A stretch of DNA of 64,000 bases from an uncultured Chloroflexia bacterium. GTDB taxonomy: Bacteria > Chloroflexota > Limnocylindria > Limnocylindrales > CSP1-4. The notes below the pieces were generated by a model. That model did no database searches and was not told where the DNA came from. It saw only the letters and a list, made by a program, of their open reading frames with translations. Shown in pieces: positions 1 through 8,794 of the stretch (position 1 is the stretch's first letter; every line of letters begins with the position of its first letter). Position numbers and translations under genes: made by a program. Location: NCBI GenBank assembly GCA_963746845.1, contig CAVVCZ010000001.1:192001-256000 (forward strand), in the 5' to 3' direction.

Positions 1-598
1 AGAACCGCTTCGGCTGGTCGGCGGCGGCTGCCCGAAGGCCGACGTACCCGACGGCGCAGATGACCCCGACGATGCCTGCCACGGCCACGGCCTGCTCGCC
101 GCCGATCCGGTCGGCCAGGACACCGCCACCGAACGCAGCCAGCGCGCCGGCCGCGGCGCGGCCCATCCCGAGGACCCCGACCACGCGGCCGCGGGAACGG
201 GCCGGATACATCGCGCCCCACAGACGGAGATGGAACGGGCCTCCGAACGAGAGGCTCAGCCAGAAGACGATCGCGACCGCGACGACGACCGGGGCCGGCG
301 GAACGACGAAGAGGACGAGGAGCGAGCTTGCACCGAGTCCGCGGAGCAGGGCCAGCTTCGTGGTCGTCCGGGGGCCGAGGCGGCCGGCGAAGGCGCCGAG
401 GAGGTTGGCCACGAACGGCGCGGCGGCCAGTGCGGACAGCCCGATCGGGCCGAGGCCGCCGCGTCGCGCGACCGTCGGCAGGATCGAGCTGATCAGGGCC
501 ATCGTCACGCCCATGCCGACGGCCACGACGAGGTCCAGGGCGAGATTCCGCCCGAGGGTCCGCCGGGACGCGGTCGAGAGCAGTGATGGCCGGAGCAC
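1..598 (-). CDS. MFS transporter (runs off window edge)
   Basis: Manual translation from GTG 598 (GAGG SD upstream): VLRPSLLSTASRRTLGRNLALDLVVAVG...YPARSRGRVVGVLG...GGVLADRIG; hydrophobic helices and MFS loop motifs; absent from ORF track because no stop in window. Confidence 0.8.
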   Translation of the reverse strand, partial: MLRPSLLSTASRRTLGRNLALDLVVAVGMGVTMALISSILPTVARRGGLGPIGLSALAAAPFVANLLGAFAGRLGPRTTTKLALLRGLGASSLLVLFVVPPAPVVVAVAIVFWLSLSFGGPFHLRLWGAMYPARSRGRVVGVLGMGRAAAGALAAFGGGVLADRIGGEQAVAVAGIVGVICAVGYVGLRAAAADQPKRF

Positions 599-629
599 GA
601 ACACCTCGGGTGCAGCAAGCGACGCCCGC

Positions 630-740
630 TTGGCCTGCGAGGTGAGCTGTCGGGCTCGGCGTGGGTATCGCCGCCGCGAGGTTCGCGGTTCGCCCCAAGG
701 GATGGGTCCCCCGTCCCCTTCAAGGGAGGTTCGGCCAGGG
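630..740 (-). ncRNA. c-di-AMP (ydaO/yuaA) riboswitch
   Basis: Minus strand GGCCGAACC...GACGGGGGACCC...UUGGGGCGAACC...CCGAGCCCGACAGCUCACCUCGCAGGCC matches the ydaO consensus blocks. Confidence 0.88.
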
Positions 741-742
741 CA

Positions 743-751
743 AGTCTAGCA
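743..751 (-). promoter_or_regulatory. Extended -10 promoter (TGcTAGACT) for riboswitch/MFS transcript
   Basis: TG-n-TAGACT a few nt upstream of the aptamer 5' end. Confidence 0.55.
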
Positions 752-785
752 GTCAGGTCGCGACCGAACCGATGGCCCGATCGTC

Positions 786-1235
786 CTATGCGCGGGCGCA
801 GTCCGCGCAGACGCCGGTCACGGTCACGTGCGACGGGTCGACCACGAATGACCGCTGCGCGCCGAACAGGGCGGCGATCGCGGCCGCCTCAGCCGGCTCG
901 ATCTGCCACGAGCCGCCGCACGACCGGCAGTGAAGATGACCGTGCTCCTCGATCGGGAGGACGTGGAACTCCTCCCGGCCGTCGACGCCGTGGTGGTGGC
1001 TGAGATAGCCGAGGTCCTCGAGGACGTCGAGGGTCCGATACACGGTCGATGGCGTCGTCGCCGGGTCGATCGCCCGGCAACGCTCGACGAGCTCCGCACC
1101 GGTGACGTGCCCGGAGGTCCGCGACAGGACCTCGACGAGGGTCCGCCGCTGCGGCGTCCAGCGCAGTCCCTGGGCACGGAGCAGATCCCGGACCTGTTCC
1201 CAGCCGTCAGGTCCCGGTCGTCCGGACGTGCCGAT
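786..1235 (-). CDS. Fur-family metal-responsive regulator (start non-canonical/uncertain)
   Basis: In-frame GLRWTPQRRTLVEVL...HVTGAEL...STVYRTLDVL...HGHLHCRSCG...GVCADC; Fur homology extends upstream of the tracked GTG 1043. Confidence 0.85.
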   Translation of the reverse strand: MGTSGRPGPDGWEQVRDLLRAQGLRWTPQRRTLVEVLSRTSGHVTGAELVERCRAIDPATTPSTVYRTLDVLEDLGYLSHHHGVDGREEFHVLPIEEHGHLHCRSCGGSWQIEPAEAAAIAALFGAQRSFVVDPSHVTVTGVCADCARA

Positions 1236-1246
1236 CGGAGTCGACC

Positions 1247-2191
1247 CTAGAACGGGAGGACGGAATCCAGGCTCGGCAGCACTCCGTCGAGCCCGAACAC
1301 GAAGACCGCCCCGACCACGAGGCTGAAGATGCCGGCCACGGCGCCGATCGCGACGTACACGCGCTCACGCGTCTGGCTCGCGACGAACCCGACCGAGCTC
1401 AGGAGGACGATGGCGAAATTCGACATCAGCAGGCCGATGACGAAGGCGAACAGCATGGGAACCCCGAGGCCGGCGCTCGCTGCGCCTCCGACCGCCGCGA
1501 TCAGCAGGACCTGCGTGCCCGTCTCCGCTCCGATCCCGTGGATCATGCCGACGCCGAAGGCCGTCCGCGTGCCGTAGGAGCTCATCTCGAGCGGCTCGAC
1601 GTGTTCGTGGCCGTGCAGCCGGGCCTGCAGCCGTCGCCAGGCGTACCGGACGCCGTCGAAGACGAGCATCCATCGGCTCCGGATCCGGAATGTCTCGCCG
1701 GCGCGCGCGTACCGATACACGGAGTAGAGGACCCAGGCACCGAGCGCCATCAACGTGACGCCGACGACCCGGCCCATGATCGGGTCGACCCAATCGGGCA
1801 GGAGCGCCCCGAACGCCAGTGCGGCCAGCCCGAGGGCGATGACGACGGCGCCGTGACCCAGGGCATACAGCGTCCCGAGACGAACCGCCTCGACCTGCTG
1901 CGACGAGAGCAGGGGTTGCCGGAGGCCGGGTGCCAACCGCTGTGGAGCGAGGGTCGCGGCGCCCGGTCCCACGTCGTGCGCGCGCACTTCGTTGGTCCCG
2001 CCGTGGGCGTGGTGGTCGCCCGCGATCAGACGGTGCTGCTGCTGGTGGGCGGCCTCGGCGGCTCCGGCCGCGGCAGCCGTGCTGGTGATGTCCGTGATCG
2101 CCGCGATGTGATCCCAGTCGATCCCGTGCCGGATCCCGAGGATCAGCCCGGTGAAGAGGACGGCGACGGCAGCTGGATCGAGATCGGACAA
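1247..2191 (-). CDS. NiCoT/HoxN/UreH-like nickel/cobalt transporter
   Basis: RHGIDWDHIAAI (cf. RHAxDADH), ALGHG and GMIHGIGAET motifs; His-rich loop; multiple TMs. Confidence 0.75.
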   Translation of the reverse strand: MSDLDPAAVAVLFTGLILGIRHGIDWDHIAAITDITSTAAAAGAAEAAHQQQHRLIAGDHHAHGGTNEVRAHDVGPGAATLAPQRLAPGLRQPLLSSQQVEAVRLGTLYALGHGAVVIALGLAALAFGALLPDWVDPIMGRVVGVTLMALGAWVLYSVYRYARAGETFRIRSRWMLVFDGVRYAWRRLQARLHGHEHVEPLEMSSYGTRTAFGVGMIHGIGAETGTQVLLIAAVGGAASAGLGVPMLFAFVIGLLMSNFAIVLLSSVGFVASQTRERVYVAIGAVAGIFSLVVGAVFVFGLDGVLPSLDSVLPF

Positions 2192-2396
2192 TGGAGACGG
2201 CCCCCTGGTTCGCGGTCGGCGCGCCCGAACAGGCTACCCGGCCCGGCGTCTTGTTGCAAGATGTCGCACTAGCGATCGGATGCGACGGTTCAGCGGTGGG
2301 TACGCCGCGAACGATGTCGCGGATCAACGGTCGCCGGGCGAGCGCTGGGTTCGCTCGCATCCCGGTTCGAACGTCAAGGTGAGACGGAGGGAGATC

Positions 2397-2822
2397 ATGG
2401 CGACGAAGCAGGACTTCACCGAGGAGGAGTGGCGGGCGCTCGAGAAGGGTGTGACGGGCAGTGCCATGCTCGTGTCGCTCAGCGATCGGGACTTCACCGA
2501 CACGTTCGGCGAGGTGGGCGCCATGGCGAAGTACCTGTCAGGCCAACAGGTCGCGGCGTCGAGCGAGCTCGTCCGCGAGCTGGCGAAGACGCACACGTCG
2601 GGGTTCGGCCTGACGTCGTCGCCGGATCGGGTGCGCGCCGAGACGATGGACGCGCTGCAGTCCGCCGTCAGCACGCTCGAGGCAAAGGCCCCGACGGAGG
2701 TCGAGCCCTACCGGAGGCTCGTTCTCGACCTGACCGGTGTGGTCGCGTCCGCGAAGGGCGGCGAGACACCCGTCGAGACGGCGATGATCGCCGAGATCCG
2801 CGGGGCCCTTGGCGGCGGCTGA
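2397..2822 (+). CDS. Hypothetical helical protein
   Basis: GGAGG SD before ATG 2397; MATKQDFTEEEW...; protein-like composition. Confidence 0.75.
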   Translation: MATKQDFTEEEWRALEKGVTGSAMLVSLSDRDFTDTFGEVGAMAKYLSGQQVAASSELVRELAKTHTSGFGLTSSPDRVRAETMDALQSAVSTLEAKAPTEVEPYRRLVLDLTGVVASAKGGETPVETAMIAEIRGALGGG

Positions 2823-2936
2823 GGTCCGGGCATGATCGCCGGCCGCGAACGGGCCGGCTCGCGCCGATCCTCGAGGACTGGAGGAGACGGGCCCGACCCG
2901 CTACAATCCGCCACTCGAACGGAAGTTCGGCTCTGT

Positions 2937-3313
2937 GGGGATGTGTGGATTCGACAGGGCCTGGCTACCGGGGAGCGCGAGCCGAGGATGCTGCTCAGGC
3001 CTCGTTAATCAGGCAGCAAAACGAAGTACCTGGCAACCGCCAGTCGACTCTCGCCCTCGCTGCGTAAGCAGCTAGTGTGAGCGTGGAAGCCACCTCGGTC
3101 CCGCGGGTGGTGGAAGCGTCATGCAGCGGGGCTGCGATCCGGGCAAGCGTCGCGTAGCTCGGAGTCAAGCCCGATCTAGGGGCACGTGACTGGACCGGCG
3201 GTGAGCCTGCCGATGGGCGCCCCGCCGGTCGACGACAAAGCATCGGACACGCTCGTAGTGGTCTCCGGCGAAGGGTTCTGGACGGGGAGTTCGACTCTCC
3301 CCCATCTCCACCA
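2937..3313 (+). ncRNA. ssrA: tmRNA; tag (A)GNRQSTLALAA encoded 3032-3067
   Basis: 5' GGGGATG..GGATTCGAC, 3' GGGAGTTCGACTCTCCCCCATCTCCACCA, internal frame ending ALAA-TAA; -10 TACAAT at 2902-2907. Confidence 0.97.
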
Positions 3314-3331
3314 CGAATCTCGTGGCACCCG

Positions 3332-3787
3332 TCAGGTAGCGTCGCCGCCCCGGCCGCGCATGGCCGTCACGAGGAGCACCGTTCCGAGCGCGACGAGCAC
3401 CAGCGGCCACATCGCGTCCCACTCGATCCTGAGCCACACGCTGGCGATCCCAGCCACGCCGACGACGATCAGCAGCGCGCCGAGCACGAGGCCGAGCGAC
3501 GAGACGCCCGTCGATGGCGCGCCCTCGACGACGGACGCGCCGGTCCCCTCGGGGAGCACGACCGCCGCGACGAGGTACACGATGATCGCCGGGAAGATGC
3601 CGGTGAACAGGCCGATCAGGAGCGCCAGCAGGCGGACGGCCCGCGGGTCCGAGCCGTAGTACTCGGCGATCCCGCCGCAGATGCCGGCGAGCACACGGTT
3701 CGACCTCGAGCGGTACAGACGCCGAACGGGTTGTTGCTGGGCGTAGCCGCCGTCGGTCGGCGGGTTCGCCGTCGGTTGCGCAGTCAT
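3332..3787 (-). CDS. PspC domain membrane protein
   Basis: RLYRSRSNRVLAGICGGIAEYYG PspC motif plus C-terminal TMs. Confidence 0.9.
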   Translation of the reverse strand: MTAQPTANPPTDGGYAQQQPVRRLYRSRSNRVLAGICGGIAEYYGSDPRAVRLLALLIGLFTGIFPAIIVYLVAAVVLPEGTGASVVEGAPSTGVSSLGLVLGALLIVVGVAGIASVWLRIEWDAMWPLVLVALGTVLLVTAMRGRGGDAT

Positions 3788-3890
3788 GGAAGCGCCTCCT
3801 TGTCCACGACGATCGTCGGTCGGGCGCTCGGGCGGTCCAACGGCCGACCGGCCCGTCCGAGGGGGCCCTCTGTCCCGAACCGGCGCCCGG

Positions 3891-4913
3891 CTAGCGCCAG
3901 CCGAGCGCCGGCGCCACGTACCTGAGGATGCTCTCGATCGCGTGCGCGTTGTACTCGACCCCGAGCTGGTTCGGGACGGTCAGGAGCAGCGTGTCGGCGG
4001 CCTGGATCGCGGTGTCCCGGGCAAGCTCCTCGACGAGCACGTCCGGCTCGGCCGCGTACGAACGTCCGAAGATCGCCTTCGTCTGCGGGTCGATGTAGCC
4101 CACCTGGTCGGCGTCCTGGTTGCCCCGCCCGAAGTAGGCACGATCCCGGTCGTCGACCAGGGCGAAGATGCTGCGGGAGACCGAGACCCGTGGCTCGCGC
4201 GAGTGCCCGGCCGCGGCCCACGCCTCCCGGAACCGTCGAATCTGGTCCGCCTGCAGCTCGTGGAAGGGCACGCCGGCGTCCTCGGTCATCAGCGTCGAGG
4301 ACATCAGGTTCAGGCCCTGCCTGGCTGCCCAATCGGCGGTCCCGCGGGAGCCCGCGCCCCACCAGATGCGTTCGCGCAGGCCGGCCGAGTGCGGCTCCGG
4401 CCGGAGAAGCCCCGGCGGGTTCGGGAACATCGGCGAGGGGTTCGGCTCGGCGAACCCGACGCCGGACAGGGCCTGGAGGAAGACCTCGGTGTGCTGGCGG
4501 GCCATGTCGGCGTCGGTCTGGCCCTCGGCCGGCACGTAGCCGAAGGAGCGGAAGCCGTCGATGACCTGCTCGGGCGACCCGCGGCTGATCCCGAGTTGGA
4601 GGCGGCCGCCCGCGATGAGGTCGGCGGCGCCCGCGTCCTCGATCATGTACAGCGGGTTCTCGTAGCGCATGTCGATGACGGCCGTCCCGATCTCGATCCG
4701 CTCGGTCCGGGCGCCGATGGCCGCGAGCAGCGGGAACGGCGAGGCGAGCTGCTGGGCGAAGTGGTGGACGCGGAAGTACGCGCCGTCGGCACCGAGCTCC
4801 TCGACCGCCTCGGCGAGCTCGATCGACTGGATCAGCGCGTCCGACCCGGACCGGACCTGCGAATAGGGCGACGCCGACCAATGCCCGAACGACAGGAACC
4901 CGATCTTCTTCAC
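3891..4913 (-). CDS. LLM (luciferase-like) flavin-dependent oxidoreductase
   Basis: KKIGFLSFGHW, GAYFRVHHFA, IEIGTAVIDMRYENP; GTG 4913 with SD. Confidence 0.9.
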   Translation of the reverse strand: MKKIGFLSFGHWSASPYSQVRSGSDALIQSIELAEAVEELGADGAYFRVHHFAQQLASPFPLLAAIGARTERIEIGTAVIDMRYENPLYMIEDAGAADLIAGGRLQLGISRGSPEQVIDGFRSFGYVPAEGQTDADMARQHTEVFLQALSGVGFAEPNPSPMFPNPPGLLRPEPHSAGLRERIWWGAGSRGTADWAARQGLNLMSSTLMTEDAGVPFHELQADQIRRFREAWAAAGHSREPRVSVSRSIFALVDDRDRAYFGRGNQDADQVGYIDPQTKAIFGRSYAAEPDVLVEELARDTAIQAADTLLLTVPNQLGVEYNAHAIESILRYVAPALGWR

Positions 4914-4932
4914 GACTCGATCCCCTCGGGTC

Positions 4933-6168
4933 TCATGGGGCGGACGCCTCGCGGACCGGCCACCTCTCGGGCCGCTCGGGCTCCGGTCGGCGGCCGAACG
5001 CGACCAGCGCGCCGGCACAGACGACCGCCAGGATCGCCGTCCCGGCCATCGCGACCGTCAGCCCGACCGTCACGGACAGCACGCCCATCAGGGGTGGGTA
5101 CACCGTGCCACCCACGACACCCCAGCCGGTGAGGAGCCCGCTGACCGCAGCCGAGCGGTCGGGGTAGCGCTCGCCGCCGATCGCCTGGATCATCGGGAAG
5201 ATCGGGCCGGAGGCGATGCCGGCGATCGCGAAGAGGGCGATCGAGATCGGCAGCGACGGCACCGCGATCGCCCCGATGAGCGCGCCGGCGACGATCCCGG
5301 CGCATGTCGCGGTGAATGTGACGTGGTCGAACCGATCGGCGATTGCGGACGACACCAGGCGCCCGACCGCGAGGCCGCCCCAGAACAGCGACAGGGCAAG
5401 GGTGGCGGTGCTGAGCGGGGCGGGCTCGAGGAACCGGACGAGCCAGTTCGAGACACCGACCTCGGAGGCGACGTAGGTCCCGATGGCGATCGCGAGCAGG
5501 ACCAGCGGTGTCGAGACCCGGCGGCCCAACGACGGTCCGCTCTCGGTCCGTTCCCGGTCCGCGGATGCCTCGACCTCCGGGTCGTGAGCCGGCGCGCGGC
5601 CGCTCGGCATCGGGACGAGCCGGAAGCCCACGGCCAGCAGCAGCGGGACGATGCCCGACACGACCATCACGCTCGGCCATGCGACCCCGCCGTCGACGAG
5701 CGCCCCGACGATCAACGGCGCAGACAACGCCCCGATGCTGAAGAACAGGTGGAGCAGGTTCATCGCCCGCCCGCGGCCGGACCGGAACAGGTCGAGGAAC
5801 AGCCCGTTGGACCCGCCATCCAGGCCACCGGCACCCAGCCCGGCCGGGACGGTCAGGACCGCGAACACGACCCAGCTGGGCGCGAGCCCGAGCCCGATGA
5901 TCCCCGCGCCGTGGATGAGCGCCGCCCCGCCGAGGAAGGCCCGCCGGCCGAAGCGCTCGGTGAGTGGCCCGCCGCCGAAGGAGGCGGTCGCGTACGCGAG
6001 GGAGTAGAGCAGGTAGATCAGCCCGATCCCGGCGTCGGTCTGATCGAACGTCTCCTTGATCGACCGGATCAGCGACGGGATCAGCAGCCCGCTCCAGCCG
6101 ATCGTCAGGAGGGCCAGGCAGCCGAGAATCGCGGCCGGCTGGAGCAGGCCGCGCGAGGGACCGGTCAT
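4933..6168 (-). CDS. MFS transporter (FucP/TsgA-like)
   Basis: About 12 TMs, GPLTERFGRR, NLLHLFFSIG, GRLVS..IADRF. Confidence 0.88.
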   Translation of the reverse strand: MTGPSRGLLQPAAILGCLALLTIGWSGLLIPSLIRSIKETFDQTDAGIGLIYLLYSLAYATASFGGGPLTERFGRRAFLGGAALIHGAGIIGLGLAPSWVVFAVLTVPAGLGAGGLDGGSNGLFLDLFRSGRGRAMNLLHLFFSIGALSAPLIVGALVDGGVAWPSVMVVSGIVPLLLAVGFRLVPMPSGRAPAHDPEVEASADRERTESGPSLGRRVSTPLVLLAIAIGTYVASEVGVSNWLVRFLEPAPLSTATLALSLFWGGLAVGRLVSSAIADRFDHVTFTATCAGIVAGALIGAIAVPSLPISIALFAIAGIASGPIFPMIQAIGGERYPDRSAAVSGLLTGWGVVGGTVYPPLMGVLSVTVGLTVAMAGTAILAVVCAGALVAFGRRPEPERPERWPVREASAP

Positions 6169-6245
6169 CGGCCGATGCTACCGGGTGGGCTCGGGTGCCC
6201 GCCACGGTCGGCGGGCGCCGGCCGGCGCCGGCCTTGATGGGCGGG

Positions 6246-6671
6246 TCAGCCTGCCTTCTCGAGGACGACCATCGGGATGACCCTGTCGGTCTTCTTCGGG
6301 TACTCGCCGAACTCCGGCAGCTGCGCGACATGGTCGTTCCAGAGCCGATCCCGCTCCGCGCCGGTCGCGACGGATGCGTGGACTGGCACGACCTGGTTGT
6401 CGACCTCGATCGTCACGTCGGGGTGCGCGGTCAGGTTGCCGTACCAGAGCGGATCGGTCGGGGAGCCGCCCTTCGATGCGGCGACCACCCAGGCGTCGCC
6501 GTCGCGGTGGTAGGTCACGATCGCGGTCCGCTCCTGGCCGGTCTTCACGCCCTTGGTCGTGAGGATCATCAGCGGCTTGCCGGCCATCGGGCCGCTCGAG
6601 GGGCGCCCATCGTTCGCGCGCATGTCGGCGATCAGGTTGCGGGTCCAGGCCTCGGGATCCCAGTCAGGCAT
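6246..6671 (-). CDS. Deazaflavin (F420)-dependent nitroreductase family protein
   Basis: LTTKGVKTGQER, ASKGGSPTDPLWYGNL, YPKKTDRVIP motifs; GGAGG SD. Confidence 0.9.
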   Translation of the reverse strand: MPDWDPEAWTRNLIADMRANDGRPSSGPMAGKPLMILTTKGVKTGQERTAIVTYHRDGDAWVVAASKGGSPTDPLWYGNLTAHPDVTIEVDNQVVPVHASVATGAERDRLWNDHVAQLPEFGEYPKKTDRVIPMVVLEKAG

Positions 6672-6753
6672 CGGTGCCGTCCTCCGGAGTGGTGATTTGT
6701 CGTTGCAGACGCAACGATCTCACGGACCGGGGAATCGTGCAGGGCAACCCGCG

Positions 6754-7746
6754 TCAGCCCCGCAGCTCCACCGGCCGGATGTCGATCTCGGCGACGGATC
6801 CGTCGCGCTCGATCGTGAGCTGGACCGGCCGGTCGACGAGGTCCCCGACGAGGACGCGCTGGAGGTCCCCGACACCCGCGATGGGCCGACCGTCGAGGGA
6901 CAGGATCACGTCGCCCGCGCGAACGCCTGCGGCCGCGGCGGGGCTGCCGTCGAGGAGCTGGACGACCTCGAGGCCGGTCGTCCGTCCGAGCTGCTCGGCC
7001 AGGGACGCCGACAGGCGCCGCGTGCCGCCGACGATCCCGAGGTACGCGCGACGGACGCGGCCGTCGTGGACGAGCGCCGCGAGGATCAGGCGGGTGGCGT
7101 CGTCGATCGGGACGGCGAGCCCGAGCCCGACCCCGGCCACGGCCGTGTTGATCCCCACGACCCGGCCGCGGACGTCCGCGAGCGCGCCGCCGGAATTGCC
7201 CGGGTTGAGCGCCGCATCGGTCTGGATGACGTTCTCGACGAGGCGGCTCGCCCCGCCGTCCCGGGCCGCGAGCGATCGCCCGAGCGCCGAGACGACACCG
7301 GCCGTCACGCTCCCGGCGAACCCGAGCGGGTTGCCGACCGCCACGACGAGCTGCCCGACCCGGAGCCGGCTCGCGTCGCCGAACGGAGCCGCGATCAGCG
7401 CGCTGCTGGTCGCGCGGACGACGGCGAGGTCGGACAGCGGATCGCGACCGACGACCTCGAACCCGAGCTCGTCGCCGTCGACGAACGACGCCGATCCCCG
7501 TTCCGCGCCGGCGACGACATGGGCGTTCGTGACGAGGTAGCCGTCCGGCGTGAACGCCACCGCCGATCCCGTCCCGCCCCAGCCGCCGGCGCGCCGCTCG
7601 ACGCGGAGGCTCGCGACCGACGGGATCAGCCGCGCGGCGGCCGTGCTGACGGCGGCCGAGTAGGCGTCAAGCGCCTCGTCCTCGACCGCCCGGAGCTCGG
7701 CCTCGTCGTCGGCGGCATCGGGGGTGAGCGCCCGGAGCGCGGTCAT
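6754..7746 (-). CDS. HtrA/DegS-like trypsin serine protease with PDZ
   Basis: TNAHVV, DLAVV, IQTDAALNPGNSGG triad motifs; C-terminal PDZ. Confidence 0.92.
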   Translation of the reverse strand: MTALRALTPDAADDEAELRAVEDEALDAYSAAVSTAAARLIPSVASLRVERRAGGWGGTGSAVAFTPDGYLVTNAHVVAGAERGSASFVDGDELGFEVVGRDPLSDLAVVRATSSALIAAPFGDASRLRVGQLVVAVGNPLGFAGSVTAGVVSALGRSLAARDGGASRLVENVIQTDAALNPGNSGGALADVRGRVVGINTAVAGVGLGLAVPIDDATRLILAALVHDGRVRRAYLGIVGGTRRLSASLAEQLGRTTGLEVVQLLDGSPAAAAGVRAGDVILSLDGRPIAGVGDLQRVLVGDLVDRPVQLTIERDGSVAEIDIRPVELRG

Positions 7747-7753
7747 GGCCGGA

Positions 7754-8650
7754 TCAGGCCTCGCCCGACGCATCCGTGGACCCGCCGACGCTGACGGTCC
7801 GCTCCTCGTCGCCCCGGACGATCTTCAGCTCGATCGGCAGGCCGGTCGTCGCCAGGATCTCCGGCAGGGCGTCCGGATCCTCGAGGGATCGTCCCCCGGC
7901 CTCGACGAGCAGGTCGCCCTCGCGAATGCCAGCGCGGGCCGCCGGGCTACCGTCCTCGACGCCGCGCACGAGCAGGCCGGCCCGGTCGGTCAGCCCGACC
8001 GAGGCGCGCAGGCGACGAGCGACGTGCGGCGGCGCGATCGCGATCCCGAGTCGCGGCCGGGCAACGGATTCTCCACGTCCGAGCGCGTCGACCCGTTCGC
8101 GGAGGGCCGCGTCGGCCGGTCGCGCGAGGTAGAAGCCCTCGCCGACGCGGTTCGTGTTGATGGCCAGCAGGCGGCCGGCCCCATCGACCAGCGGTCCGCC
8201 GGAGGAGCCGGGAGCCATCGGGGCGGTGTGCTCGAGACTGCCGCCGATCCGCGAGCCGCCCGGCCCACGGAACGAGCGCTCGATCGCGGACACGAAGCCC
8301 GAGGTCACGCGGGCGGATCCGCTGCCGGTGGCCGCGAGCGCGAAGACGACGTCGCCGACACCCGTCTCGGCGTCGGACCAGCCGAGGCTCGTGGCGCCGG
8401 CGGTGTCAACCGCGACGATCGCGAGATCGCCGTCCGGGTCCACGCCGCGCACGGATCCGATCGCCGACCGGCCGTCACGGAACGTGATCGTCACTTCGTC
8501 GCCGCGCAGGTTGTGGGCGTTCGTCAGGACCTGGCCGTCGGCGACGACGATTCCGCTGCCACGGATGCCGCGTCCGATCCCGACGACGGCCGAGCCGGCG
8601 GCATCGTGGACCGTCCGGATCGCGCTGGAAAGCTCTTCGAGAGCGGTCAT
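7754..8650 (-). CDS. HtrA-like trypsin serine protease with PDZ (paralogue)
   Basis: TNAHN, DLAIV, PGSSGGP; PDZ (SPAARAGIREGD); GGAGG SD. Confidence 0.9.
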   Translation of the reverse strand: MTALEELSSAIRTVHDAAGSAVVGIGRGIRGSGIVVADGQVLTNAHNLRGDEVTITFRDGRSAIGSVRGVDPDGDLAIVAVDTAGATSLGWSDAETGVGDVVFALAATGSGSARVTSGFVSAIERSFRGPGGSRIGGSLEHTAPMAPGSSGGPLVDGAGRLLAINTNRVGEGFYLARPADAALRERVDALGRGESVARPRLGIAIAPPHVARRLRASVGLTDRAGLLVRGVEDGSPAARAGIREGDLLVEAGGRSLEDPDALPEILATTGLPIELKIVRGDEERTVSVGGSTDASGEA

Positions 8651-8794
8651 CGGGTGGGTGCCTCCGAGGGGGTTCGGCGTGGGCCGCAAGCGGTGTCGCC
8701 GTCGGCCGGTGCCAGGTGGTTCGTTGTCAGTTGCAAGTCGCAACATACTACCCACTCGGCTGGGGCGCAAGCCCGATCGGGTAGGATCGAACGC

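Noticed and set aside
3290-3340. Possible island integrated at the ssrA 3' end
   Set aside because: No integrase and no duplicated ssrA end seen; pspC stop lies right next to it
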